64,000 nt of DNA, taken from positions 6,526-70,525 of the IMG/VR virus record IMGVR_UViG_3300025876_000019, one strand, 5' to 3'. Position 1 is the first letter of the stretch. Each line of letters begins with the position of its first letter. The translations under genes were made by a program, and so were the position numbers. Source of the stretch: a virus. A model generated the notes under the pieces. That model was not told where the DNA came from. It ran no database searches and worked only from the letters and a program-made list of their open reading frames with translations. This document shows positions 47,158-55,020 of this stretch, one piece after another.

Positions 47158-47487
47158 TTAGAAGGGGATCTCTTCGAGTGCTGGGTCGTCAACTACTGGG
47201 GCGGTAGCTGTAGCTGGGGTTGTCACTGTGAGCTTCCACATCTGGAGGTTCGTGTAATACTTCCCGTTATACTCACGGCCACGTAGGTTAACTTCTACGC
47301 TAACCACGTCACCCACGTTGAGTGCTGCTACCTTGGCACAGTCATCCTTGACAGCATCAATGCAGAGATCCTGCGGATATTTGTCGCCCACTTGGACGAC
47401 GAACGACTGTTTAGTAAAGCCAGAACCGAAGGTCTGCTCTTCTTGGATTACTGTTACTAGGCCTGTGATGTTTACTGATTCTGACAT
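47158..47487 (-). CDS. DUF3127-like OB-fold (SSB-like) protein
   Basis: SGFTKQ.FVV...KYPQ, NLRGREYNGKYYTNL..WK, acidic EEIPF tail. Confidence 0.8.
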   Translation of the reverse strand: MSESVNITGLVTVIQEEQTFGSGFTKQSFVVQVGDKYPQDLCIDAVKDDCAKVAALNVGDVVSVEVNLRGREYNGKYYTNLQMWKLTVTTPATATAPVVDDPALEEIPF

Positions 47488-47539
47488 ATTTACTGTGTGT
47501 TGGTGTTGTTGTTTAGGCGTTGTGCCTGAGAGTTATTTG

Positions 47540-47941
47540 TTACTTGCTCATTTTTGCTTTAAGCCAGTTATTAACGTCTGCCAGTCTAAATTTAACGTGG
47601 CAGCCGATGCGTACAAATGGCAGGTTTGATTTTTTAGCAATCGCACGAGCGTAGTATTCAGACAATCCGAGATAATCGCCTAGCTCACGGGCGTTCATTA
47701 TCATGGGCGGGTTATTACGAACATCTCGGTTTTGTTTATCTACCAGACGAGGTGTAAGCATACGTTCCTCGATAGTTAAACCGAGTGCCGTGGCTTTGGC
47801 TACTAGTCGCTTTGTTAATTTCCTTTCAGCAATTATCACGACATCGCCAGTAGTGGGGTCGATTAGTGAATTAATAAGCTTACGTGTTAGTAGTCCCGAG
47901 TTTTTAAATTTAGGTGCGTTTTGATTTATTGGTGTGGCCAT
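47540..47941 (-). CDS. excisionase-type HTH protein with RNAP-insert-like N-terminus
   Basis: MNARELGDYLGLS...LP.VRIG..VKFR..DV..WL; N-terminal IDPTTGDVVIIAERKLTKRL. Confidence 0.7.
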   Translation of the reverse strand: MATPINQNAPKFKNSGLLTRKLINSLIDPTTGDVVIIAERKLTKRLVAKATALGLTIEERMLTPRLVDKQNRDVRNNPPMIMNARELGDYLGLSEYYARAIAKKSNLPFVRIGCHVKFRLADVNNWLKAKMSK

Positions 47942-47952
47942 GGTGTGTTTGG

Positions 47953-48372
47953 TTACTTGTAGAAAATGTGGCGTCCGATCTTGGTGGTGACGGTCATGCT
48001 GCTTGCCCAGTATGGGTTGCAGTAGTCTGCGTGATAGTGGTCTGATTCGTTAGTGTAGTTGGTGATCCTGCGACTGTTTACAATGGCGAGTGCTTGTCCG
48101 TAACGCGAGTGTTTTTTTGCCTTGGCGACAAGTTTATCAAGCTTGCCTGAGTTCCAACAGCTGAACTGCTTGCGTTGCAGGCATACTTCACTGCGTGTGA
48201 GGTTGCGCTTGTATGCGCGGTTGCAGATAACCTCATAGACGGCCTCCATGCTGCCTTCAGCGTATTCGCCTCCAGCCTCAAGGATAAGTGTAGAGGCGAT
48301 GACCTCCTCGTCCGTGTAGGCGCTTACAGAGCAGGCGGCGAGAATGAGCGTGAGTAGTGTGAGTGTTTTCAT
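47953..48372 (-). CDS. SleB/Hydrolase_2 cell-wall hydrolase with signal peptide
   Basis: EA.GE...M.AV..VI.NR, QFSCWN, HYHA.Y..P.W, IG.H.FY; start MKTLTLL at 48372. Confidence 0.88.
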   Translation of the reverse strand: MKTLTLLTLILAACSVSAYTDEEVIASTLILEAGGEYAEGSMEAVYEVICNRAYKRNLTRSEVCLQRKQFSCWNSGKLDKLVAKAKKHSRYGQALAIVNSRRITNYTNESDHYHADYCNPYWASSMTVTTKIGRHIFYK

Positions 48373-48376
48373 AGTG

Positions 48377-48610
48377 TTATTTTCCGTTAAGGATGAAAAA
48401 GGACGCAGATTTGCGGATGATCTTGATGGCTTCAGTAGGGGATATACGGTAGCACTGAAGCATATCGTCAACCTCAATGCAGAGGGCAGCTAGAGTGAAG
48501 AAGTCGAGGTAGTCCTCGGACTTAACGTGCGTGATGTTGACGCATGGACGGTCTTGACCAGTTGGCTCCTCGAAGGAGATTTTGAATAGTTCGGTTTTGA
48601 ATGAGTTCAT
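48377..48610 (-). CDS. early hypothetical protein
   Basis: first gene after duplicated early promoter. Confidence 0.6.
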   Translation of the reverse strand: MNSFKTELFKISFEEPTGQDRPCVNITHVKSEDYLDFFTLAALCIEVDDMLQCYRISPTEAIKIIRKSASFFILNGK

Positions 48611-48720
48611 AGTGTGTGTGTTTTTCGTGTGTTTTGTTCGTTGCGTTTGTCGCTTCGATATAACCTACAATGTTCATGAACCTATATAGGTCAACCCCTA
48701 AATCAAATTAAATGAAAATA
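48611..48720 (-). promoter_or_regulatory. early promoter/leader copy 1
   Basis: TTCATTTAATT..TTGACCTATATA..TATCGAAGCGA..CGCAACGAA..GAAAAACACACAC..TATG, matches 51233-51340. Confidence 0.75.
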
Positions 48721-48722
48721 AT

Positions 48723-49124
48723 TTAATTGTCCTGCACAACCCTGATTTCCACCCTCGGATTATCCCTGTCTAACGTGCCTCCAGAGTAGTGGGAGCTTAG
48801 GATTACGTCATCGTTGTCATCGGGGATGCAGCCGAACTCAACCATCGCATCTGCTGCAAACTTCTCATGTTGCGACAAAACATTAGTGCGGTCCGAACGT
48901 CTGTTGCTGGCCTTGAAGTATACCAGCTTCAGCTTGATCGGGTGGGTGAAAATGAGACCCTCCAACTGCTCACGAAGAGCCTCCTTATACACCTGTTTGA
49001 TCTTGTTGCTGACGATGAAATGCCAGTTCCGCTCGTTGTTCTTGTTGATGATATACTTGCGGTCGGCCATCGTCTTGCGTGGTAGCATGACAGATAAAGG
49101 ACACGTTATCACGACATCCGACAT
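48723..49124 (-). CDS. RusA-like Holliday junction resolvase
   Basis: R.D..N....K...DA....G...DDN, PRVEI. Confidence 0.85.
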   Translation of the reverse strand: MSDVVITCPLSVMLPRKTMADRKYIINKNNERNWHFIVSNKIKQVYKEALREQLEGLIFTHPIKLKLVYFKASNRRSDRTNVLSQHEKFAADAMVEFGCIPDDNDDVILSSHYSGGTLDRDNPRVEIRVVQDN

Positions 49125-49417
49125 TATCGCCCCTCCTCCTTCATGCGCTTAAGGGACTTCAGGTATTGTCCAACAGTTACGTGCTGCTCATGGCAGGCTA
49201 CAGCACGTGTGCATTTGTCCTGCTCCATTCGGGCCGTAATGAGGCGTGTGACGTCATCAGAGATAGGTAGCAGGCTGGCAGGGTCAACGTATGGCACAAA
49301 CTCAGGGAGGGCTTCCATGTAGGCTTCCTCTTCCTCCTCGGTGCGTGGCCGGCAAGTGATGCCCTTTGAGTTAACGAATTGTGCTAGGTGGCGGTCTGGG
49401 ACTCTCATTTTAATCAT
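49124..49417 (-). CDS. hypothetical protein
   Basis: 97 aa, coupled overlaps. Confidence 0.55.
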   Translation of the reverse strand: MIKMRVPDRHLAQFVNSKGITCRPRTEEEEEAYMEALPEFVPYVDPASLLPISDDVTRLITARMEQDKCTRAVACHEQHVTVGQYLKSLKRMKEEGR

Positions 49418-49599
49418 AATCTTATCGGTTCTTTGGTTAACGTCATCGGTGCTTTCGACCGTATGATGACTAAATTGTCTGCCTTGATGCTACCCTTCGC
49501 AAAGAACGCTAGAGCCTTCTCGGGGGTGTCAGCGTGCTTAATGACCCTACAGGCACTTGGCATGATAGGTGTCGTGTATTCAAATTCCCAAGCAGGCAT
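49414..49599 (-). CDS. hypothetical protein, leaderless
   Basis: TTGACC-16-CATTAT-6nt-ATG upstream. Confidence 0.55.
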   Translation of the reverse strand: MPAWEFEYTTPIMPSACRVIKHADTPEKALAFFAKGSIKADNLVIIRSKAPMTLTKEPIRL

Positions 49600-49644
49600 A
49601 GCTAAATAATGGGTAACCAGAATGGTCGGTCAAGCGTTAATGCG

Positions 49645-49677
49645 CAAAAAAACGCCACCCGATTAAAGGTGGCGCTT
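49645..49677 (-). terminator. intrinsic terminator after ERF gene
   Basis: CGCCACC/GGTGGCG stem with T7 run on minus strand. Confidence 0.7.
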
Positions 49678-49690
49678 AGTGCTGGTAAGT

Positions 49691-50248
49691 CTAGCTAAGC
49701 TCGGTCTTTAGCTCGTCCTTCTTTTCGATCACGTCAGCGTTCTGCTTAATGTCGATGGGGAATGAGTTCCACACGGCCACCAGATCCTTCTGGCTCTCGG
49801 CTGAGGATAGCAGGGCAATGGCTCCCTTAGGCTTCAGGAAGGACACAACGGGCTTAGGAGCTTGTGAGGCTGCGTTACCGTCGTCGTCCTCACTAGGGAT
49901 GCCTGCGATGCTCTGGATGCCGTAGCGACGAGCGTAGGTGATCGCTGATGCCATGCCCTGCGGGTCGAGCTTAGAGCATTTGAGCATGAAGCTGCCAGAG
50001 ATCCATTCGCCACTTTCGTGCATGACGATTGTCTCGACACCTGCGCGGTCGTCCTCAGTGATCGGGAATTGCATAAAACTGAGACCGTTGGACTCGAATG
50101 GTTCTTTGATACAGGCGATAACTTCCTCAAGGTTGGCGTATTTCGACTTGAAGAACGGATTGGCCGCAGACTTCTTAGCGCCCGACATTACTGCCTGTGC
50201 TTTGTTGAGTGCGATTGCGAGATTCTTGATTGATTCGGATTTTTTCAT
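49691..50248 (-). CDS. ERF-family single-strand annealing protein (phage B)
   Basis: NPFFKSKYA.L, H.SGEWI, DPQG..SAITYARRY, EDDDGN. Confidence 0.92.
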   Translation of the reverse strand: MKKSESIKNLAIALNKAQAVMSGAKKSAANPFFKSKYANLEEVIACIKEPFESNGLSFMQFPITEDDRAGVETIVMHESGEWISGSFMLKCSKLDPQGMASAITYARRYGIQSIAGIPSEDDDGNAASQAPKPVVSFLKPKGAIALLSSAESQKDLVAVWNSFPIDIKQNADVIEKKDELKTELS

Positions 50249-50252
50249 GATG

Positions 50253-50438
50253 TTATTTCAGTTTGGTTGATTTGAGTTGATCTATTTTGGTTTCTTTGAG
50301 TAGGCCAATGGCAAGGTCGAGGATTTTGCCCTCGGAGACGCCAGTGTGCTCGTTAAGTTGTGAGACGAAGTCCTTAGAGTCAGGTGACACCATTGCGTAA
50401 AGTGGGACGCGACGTTTTAGCTGATCGAAGTGTTTCAT
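50253..50438 (-). CDS. small DNA-binding protein candidate (ribbon-helix-helix-like)
   Basis: beta-helix-G.S...I.D.AI pattern. Confidence 0.5.
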   Translation of the reverse strand: MKHFDQLKRRVPLYAMVSPDSKDFVSQLNEHTGVSEGKILDLAIGLLKETKIDQLKSTKLK

Positions 50439-50439
50439 G

Positions 50440-50730
50440 TTAAAAGTCCTCCCCTCTTACTTCAAGCTCAAGCTGATCTATGTCTTCGACGATGCGGCTC
50501 ATGATCTCACGGATAGTGGCAGCAGGGTCTTGAGGTGCAAGTATGCTGTCGGTGTCGTAGACCACGTTGTAATGTACTGCAGTCTCTACGTTAAAGCCGA
50601 ACGGGTAGAAGATAATTTCCACGGAGCCATTGGCCGAGAAGAAATTAACGCTGCAATCATGCCCACGCTCTTTTGCTGTGAATGCGACCTCTAGGGCCTC
50701 GGATATTGCGGTTTTTACGGATGTTTTCAT
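50440..50730 (-). CDS. early hypothetical protein
   Basis: 96 aa with ACACA-rich leader. Confidence 0.6.
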   Translation of the reverse strand: MKTSVKTAISEALEVAFTAKERGHDCSVNFFSANGSVEIIFYPFGFNVETAVHYNVVYDTDSILAPQDPAATIREIMSRIVEDIDQLELEVRGEDF

Positions 50731-50748
50731 TGTATTGTGTGTTGGTGG

Positions 50749-50943
50749 TTATTTATTAATGTTTCGCATTTTCATTATCGCTGAAAGCGCATTTCTCCTA
50801 ACTGTATCCTTCCTCAATTTACTATTTCGTCGGTGTTGCAACATCGACCTATAATCAGCATCCTTATGAGGGTTGCTCATGGATTCAATGATTGAACACT
50901 TCTCCTCAAAGCTTAACTCTTTGAATTTCTTCTTATGTTTCAT
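50749..50943 (-). CDS. basic early hypothetical protein
   Basis: 64 aa with ACACA-rich leader. Confidence 0.5.
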   Translation of the reverse strand: MKHKKKFKELSFEEKCSIIESMSNPHKDADYRSMLQHRRNSKLRKDTVRRNALSAIMKMRNINK

Positions 50944-50962
50944 TGTATATGTGTGCCAGTGG

Positions 50963-51232
50963 TTATCGTTGTGAGCGGAATGACTCGTATCGCATTTGAT
51001 CGATCATCTCATCGCGCTCTTCTTGAGCGTATTCGTCGGCGAGGAAGCGGTGTGCAACAGCAGCCTCGGACTCAACCTTATTGTAGATGGCAAATTCCTC
51101 GTCAGAGGTGTCATCGTTAAGCTCCTCATTGATTGCTTCGAGGGCTTCCATAAGGTCGCTGAGTTCGTGACGGTCGGATGCATCTTTGATGTCCGAGCGG
51201 AGTTTGGTGAGTAGGTTGATGAAGTTTTTCAT
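50963..51232 (-). CDS. acidic first early protein
   Basis: 89 aa, D/E-rich; first gene after early promoter copy 2. Confidence 0.65.
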   Translation of the reverse strand: MKNFINLLTKLRSDIKDASDRHELSDLMEALEAINEELNDDTSDEEFAIYNKVESEAAVAHRFLADEYAQEERDEMIDQMRYESFRSQR

Positions 51233-51340
51233 AGTGTGTGTTTTTCGGTTGTTATTCGTTGCGGTAATCGCTTCGATACAACTAAACTTAGGGATAAAGT
51301 TATATAGGTCAATAGCTAAATTGAATTAAATGAAAAAAAA
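51233..51340 (-). promoter_or_regulatory. early promoter/leader copy 2
   Basis: TTGACC-16-TAAGTT; shares blocks with 48611-48720. Confidence 0.75.
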
Positions 51341-51377
51341 CTTATTGACCGAAGTGAGATGGCGGTCATTCTTTTGG

Positions 51378-51446
51378 ACATCGGCAGTGTGTGTCGGTTC
51401 GGTTATCATAGTGGAAGCGTCATCCTTTCGAGGGTGGCGCTTTTTC
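51378..51446 (+). ncRNA. ~70-nt anti-leader small RNA (phage B)
   Basis: TTGACC 51345-16-CATTCT 51367; body GTGTGTGTCGGTTCGGTTATCATAGTG; UUCG-capped terminator 51415-51445. Confidence 0.7.
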
Positions 51447-51460
51447 ATTTGCAAATGCGC

Positions 51461-51600
51461 TTGACAGTCTAATTTAGCCAGTGTTTATTGGTGTCCTAAT
51501 CCGCTTTAAGCCGCTGAGATTTACAGACCTTTTCGTTCGTCTAATTAACGAACATTCTATGTGAGGCCGTTTCAGAGCTTAAACTGGAACGGCCTTTTTA
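51461..51600 (+). promoter_or_regulatory. replication-operon promoter with attenuator-like leader
   Basis: TTGACA 51461; terminator 51564-51599 whose loop GCTTAAA pairs with TTTAAGC 51505-51511. Confidence 0.6.
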
Positions 51601-51614
51601 GGCACACATAGATT

Positions 51615-52127
51615 ATGAGACCAAAATTAAAGAACGAATACATTATCCTCGGCACTATTGCAGTCGTCGACATCTCTACACCCAAGCACCCGAAGGCATC
51701 GATGAAGATTGATCTGGATACGTGGCTCGACCTACTCGACCAAGGTATGGGTCGTGTAAGTAATAACGCGGTTTACGCTCAAGCTAGACTTAAAGGGAAA
51801 CGCAACTTTATCCATAAGTTCATCACCCCAAACTTCAATCTTACGGTTGACCACATCAACGGAGACCCACTTGACAACCGTATGTCGAACCTACGCGACG
51901 TCACTCAGACCGAAAACAATCGCAACCAAAGGTTAAGCAAGTCCAATAAGTCTGGATACTCTGGAATAATGGAGCGAAAGGGCGTCAAGGGTTCAACTTG
52001 GCAGGTGCGAATAGGCGCAAATGGAATGAAGCATATCGGAACATTCAAAAACCTAACAAAGGCCGTAGCCGCCCGTAAGGCTGCGATGGTCAAGTATGGC
52101 TATCACCCCCTGCACGGAGCTAAATAA
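51615..52127 (+). CDS. HNH endonuclease with AP2-like domain
   Basis: VDHINGDPLDNRMSNLR.VT..EN..N, N.SG..G, W.VRI, IGTF....AVAARK. Confidence 0.88.
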   Translation: MRPKLKNEYIILGTIAVVDISTPKHPKASMKIDLDTWLDLLDQGMGRVSNNAVYAQARLKGKRNFIHKFITPNFNLTVDHINGDPLDNRMSNLRDVTQTENNRNQRLSKSNKSGYSGIMERKGVKGSTWQVRIGANGMKHIGTFKNLTKAVAARKAAMVKYGYHPLHGAK

Positions 52128-52128
52128 T

Positions 52129-52845
52129 ATGAGCATTCACATATCATCACCCTGCTGGAAGATCGAATGCCCTACGGCTGGTCAGAAGCTCATTCTACTC
52201 AAGCTTGCGGATAACGCGAATGACGCTGGAGTCTGCTGGCCTTCACTAAGTACGATTGCTAAGGATTGCGGATGCTCAACTAGGACAGTGTCCAGAGCTA
52301 TCGTATACTTCGAGTCGATCAACCTGCTTAGCCATGACCGTCGGTTAAATAGCTCGAACACCTATCAGTTCAATATAGACACCCTGTCTATACTCAGCTC
52401 AGACACTATAGACACCATGTCTACACCTATAGACACCATGTCCATACCTATAGACACCATGTCTAATGCTATAGACACCAGTGTCTCACTAACCGTCATT
52501 GAACCGTCATATAATCATCATATAATCAAAGAGAGGTCTCTTCCCGTTAAGTCTGAAGATCAACTTCGCATCGAGAAGCTATTCGGTAAGCGTGTCACTA
52601 CTCCTATGGACAAGGCTGAGCTATCCGCTTGGGCATCCGCCAAGGGTATCGTAGCTGACATGACCGACCGTGAGTGGACCGAGCTAGAAGACTTCTATGC
52701 TGCACCGCAAGACAAGACCTACGCCCGCAAGACCCTCGCAACTCTTTTGAATAATTTGAGCGGAGAGCTTGACAAGGCATCAAACTGGAGTCACCAACAC
52801 ATCACAGCACAACGAAAAATCTCTAAACCCACGGTCTGGAGCTAA
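52129..52845 (+). CDS. winged-HTH replication initiator (lambda O-like organisation)
   Basis: KLILL.LAD.AND.G.CWPS..TIA...G.S.RTV; internal iterons; directly upstream of helicase. Confidence 0.8.
   Translation: MSIHISSPCWKIECPTAGQKLILLKLADNANDAGVCWPSLSTIAKDCGCSTRTVSRAIVYFESINLLSHDRRLNSSNTYQFNIDTLSILSSDTIDTMSTPIDTMSIPIDTMSNAIDTSVSLTVIEPSYNHHIIKERSLPVKSEDQLRIEKLFGKRVTTPMDKAELSAWASAKGIVADMTDREWTELEDFYAAPQDKTYARKTLATLLNNLSGELDKASNWSHQHITAQRKISKPTVWS
52372..52487 (+). repeat. 21-bp iterons, probable origin of phage B
   Basis: CTATAGACACCATGTC at 52406, 52427, 52448, variant at 52469 and one near 52374; each holds a TAGACA/TGTCTA-type palindrome. Confidence 0.85.
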
Positions 52846-52868
52846 TTAAACACCGAACCAACACACAC

Positions 52869-54200
52869 ATGAATAACACCACCAATAACCACCCTCACAG
52901 CCTCCAGTCCGAGAACACAATCCTTGGGCAGATGCTACAGCACGACGCAGCCTCGATCATTGGCGAAGGAATTACCAAGGACTGGTTCTACTCGGCCGAC
53001 AATCAGCTCATCTTTGAGTCCATCCGCTCGGTATTTGATGCTGGTCAAGATATCGAAGAGCTATCTGTCTTGCCAGTCCTTCAGGCTAACATGGCCGAGG
53101 CTCGCATGAATGTGGACACAGCGATGTCGATGCTTATGGCGTTGCCAATGGTCTACACGGCCACATGGGTATCGGCCCTGCGCAACGTAAAGAACCTGTT
53201 CCTTCAGCGTAAGATGATTCACGCCACACGCAGTATGCTTGAGAACCTCCAGAAGCCACTGGCGTCCTCTGAGGACATCAAATTGGCCATCTCTGAGCCG
53301 ATGAACGAGATATCCACACTCACGCTTGCGGACGACGACAAGACAGCCAAGGAGGAGATCGTGGACTTCATTGACCAGAAGATGAAGGAGCTGTCTGGTG
53401 AGGAAAACCGTATACCTGAGGAGTTTCGCGTTCACACTGGCATGAAGCACCTAGAGGAGACTCTCGGCTACATCGACCGTCGCCGCAAGGATAACAACAT
53501 CATCATCGCAGCACCATCCTCGCGCGGTAAGTCAGCGTTAAAACGTCAGATCATTGTCCACAACCTGTTCAAGCACAAGGACTGGGTCATCGCTGCGTTC
53601 CTGCTTGAGTCATCTAAGGAGGACTTCTGGCACAACACAGCCTGCTCCTACGCTAAGATCAACACACGCCAGCCCCTCAACACGGTTGACGGTAGGAAGC
53701 AGACCCTGTACCTCAAGTGCCTGAATATGCTCAAGGAAGAGACCGACAAACGCCTATTCCTGTTTGACTCGCCTGAGTCTCTTGAAGGTGTGCAGACACG
53801 CTGCCGTGAGATCGCTGCGAAGTGTGGCAAGATCGACATCCTGTGCGTTGACTACATTCAGATTATGGACTCATCGGGTAAGACTAAGGGCAACCGTGAG
53901 ACTGAGGTGGCCGCCATGTCAGGTGGCATCCAGCGCCTACAGAAGAGCCTCAAGTGTGTTGCGTTCAGCGGCACTCAGCTCAATCAGGATGGCCAAGCTA
54001 GAGAGTCACGGGCGATCTTCAATGACGCTACGATCTTCTGGAGGCTTGAGCGGCCAGAGCGTGGAAAGAGCGGACAAGTACAAGAGGACGGCCAGTCAGT
54101 ATACTTTCAGACTGTGCAACAAGTTAAGTGCCGCAACGGTATCCTAGCCACAGCTCAGATTAACTTCGAGGTTACGCATCAGACGATGACGGACGCTTAG
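52869..54200 (+). CDS. dnaB: DnaB-like helicase (phage B)
   Basis: PHSLQSE, AAPSSRGKS, VDYIQI, QLN, RESRAI..DA, K.RNG. Confidence 0.88.
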   Translation: MNNTTNNHPHSLQSENTILGQMLQHDAASIIGEGITKDWFYSADNQLIFESIRSVFDAGQDIEELSVLPVLQANMAEARMNVDTAMSMLMALPMVYTATWVSALRNVKNLFLQRKMIHATRSMLENLQKPLASSEDIKLAISEPMNEISTLTLADDDKTAKEEIVDFIDQKMKELSGEENRIPEEFRVHTGMKHLEETLGYIDRRRKDNNIIIAAPSSRGKSALKRQIIVHNLFKHKDWVIAAFLLESSKEDFWHNTACSYAKINTRQPLNTVDGRKQTLYLKCLNMLKEETDKRLFLFDSPESLEGVQTRCREIAAKCGKIDILCVDYIQIMDSSGKTKGNRETEVAAMSGGIQRLQKSLKCVAFSGTQLNQDGQARESRAIFNDATIFWRLERPERGKSGQVQEDGQSVYFQTVQQVKCRNGILATAQINFEVTHQTMTDA

Positions 54201-54582
54201 TCCATTTTGGCCCGAACCATCTGACCGCGAAGTGCATTTTCCACGCCTTAAATTTACCTACGCCACAGACAAGCATTGCTTGCTTAAAGATGTCGGCTGC
54301 CTCTGTAGAGTCATAAACGCACTTACCTTTGTGTCCTTGGACGCACAGGAGGTCGTGTACGACCGCAGCTGGTAGGTATTTACCGAATGGCGGGAACCTT
54401 GACCAGAATGCTTTAGGGACACTGGCCCCGTCACTCTCAAATCCTGCTGGAACTGCAATTTCGTCACCGCTATCGGTGTAGAAGACGAGCGCCTCATTTA
54501 GAGTTACTGTGCGGATATAATCTCCTCCCTCTAGCTTGTGAGAAATAGAGGCGTCCAGTTCGTTGAAGAAATGTGCGCTCAA
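54172..54582 (-). CDS. DUF1353-like protein
   Basis: VPAGF.SDGASVP, AAVVHD.L, AD.IF, AVR.FG. Confidence 0.85.
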   Translation of the reverse strand: MSAHFFNELDASISHKLEGGDYIRTVTLNEALVFYTDSGDEIAVPAGFESDGASVPKAFWSRFPPFGKYLPAAVVHDLLCVQGHKGKCVYDSTEAADIFKQAMLVCGVGKFKAWKMHFAVRWFGPKWTKRPSSSDA

Positions 54583-54752
54583 GGGACTAATGGAACATCA
54601 AATGAGGCGTCTGTCGAGACTGCCTTTTCTATGACGTTGTTTGCCCCCTGTGGAGAGTAAAGAAAAACATCACCTCTATATGCGCACCCTGACAGGAACA
54701 GAGTTGTTGCAACAACTAGGAAGAAAATGAGCTGGGCTTTTGTTCTGGTCAT
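54579..54752 (-). CDS. small lipoprotein
   Basis: MTRTK..hydrophobic..LSGC lipobox; downstream start preferred. Confidence 0.6.
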   Translation of the reverse strand: MTRTKAQLIFFLVVATTLFLSGCAYRGDVFLYSPQGANNVIEKAVSTDASFDVPLVP

Positions 54753-54756
54753 TGAT

Positions 54757-55017
54757 TTACCCAATGATGTTAGGTTGGCGCTTAGATGGTTTGCTCTTGG
54801 CGTAGGAGCTAGAAACCTTTCGGTTGTCAACTGGGGACAGTGCCTTGGGGCGAGCCTTATAGCGTTTCTTGGCCTCTGAAGGGGTCTTAACGGGCTTTGA
54901 GGGTTCTACAGGGGTGTCCATACCCTTTTTCTCCACGGAAGCCTTCACGGGCTTCTTAGCTGCCTTCTTCTTAGCGACTTTCTTCACCGCTTTCTTGGTT
55001 GTTTTACTGTAAGCCAT
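54757..55017 (-). CDS. Lys/Ala-rich histone-H1-like protein
   Basis: KKAVKKVAKKKAAKK. Confidence 0.6.
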   Translation of the reverse strand: MAYSKTTKKAVKKVAKKKAAKKPVKASVEKKGMDTPVEPSKPVKTPSEAKKRYKARPKALSPVDNRKVSSSYAKSKPSKRQPNIIG

Positions 55018-55020
55018 GAT

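Noticed and set aside
47540-47941. Integrase/excisionase-mediated insertion of B into A
   Set aside because: No tyrosine or serine recombinase found; junctions are 2-kb homology rather than short att cores
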